From contig OY759729.1 in assembly GCA_963662585.1 (NCBI GenBank), positions 2,048,001 to 2,112,000 of the forward strand: a stretch of DNA of 64,000 nucleotides, given 5' to 3'. This DNA comes from Candidatus Cloacimonadales bacterium. Its GTDB lineage: Bacteria > Cloacimonadota > Cloacimonadia > Cloacimonadales > JAFGVF01. Shown here one piece after another: positions 63,919 through 64,000 of this stretch (the first letter of the stretch is position 1; each line of letters opens with the position of its first letter). The translations under genes and the position numbers were made by a program. The notes under the pieces are model-generated. The model had not been told where the DNA came from. It ran no database searches and worked only from the letters and a program-made list of their open reading frames with translations.

Positions 63919-64000
63919 TTTCGCACCTACGGAGCGAAACTTGTTTAGGGGTAACTTGTTTGCTACCAAGAAACAGCTCCTCTGGAGCTAAGACTTACCA
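63919..64000. repeat. REP-like array upstream of the transposase (runs off the window)
   Basis: TTCGCACCTACGGAGCGAAAC...TTAGGGGTAACTTGTTTGCTACCAAGAAACAGCTCCTCTGGAGCTAAGACT is a near-copy, in direct orientation, of 63006-63083. Confidence 0.9.

Overview
AT-rich bacterial chromosome segment, most likely Candidatus Cloacimonadota (FCB group). This is inferred from two secreted proteins with NYPNPFNP/FlgD-Ig C-terminal domains, a gingipain-like C25 peptidase and amino-acid fermentation genes; no database search was run. It is mostly housekeeping: hisS, serA-like, ruvB, an rpsU-cvpA-mutS2-dnaG-rpoD cluster, dapA, hutU, hutH, groEL with a CIRCE-like operator, sppA, truA, thiD, two hybrid sensor kinases and one 16S-23S-5S operon without spacer tRNAs. 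The unusual content is mainly intergenic. (i) Three GC-rich clusters (about 8.9-9.9, 46.4-47.2 and 52.4-53.7 kb) are built from the same small palindromic modules in shuffled order, including a 289/284-bp composite unit repeated three times. (ii) A stand-alone IS200/RAYT-type HUH transposase sits in a 49-bp-period REP-like array, and relatives of its hairpin are dispersed elsewhere. (iii) An AAA+/DUF4143-like ATPase-nuclease gene is preceded by five phased, alternating 12-bp half-sites that include a perfect 28-bp palindrome. Protein-level oddities are a hybrid kinase with Arg in place of the phosphoacceptor His, a TPR lipoprotein packed with D-S/T-L sequons, an SppA with a beta-rich N-terminal extension, a eukaryote-type UGPase and an unlisted 44-aa basic ORF. 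No CRISPR-Cas, prophage or tRNA gene was recognised.
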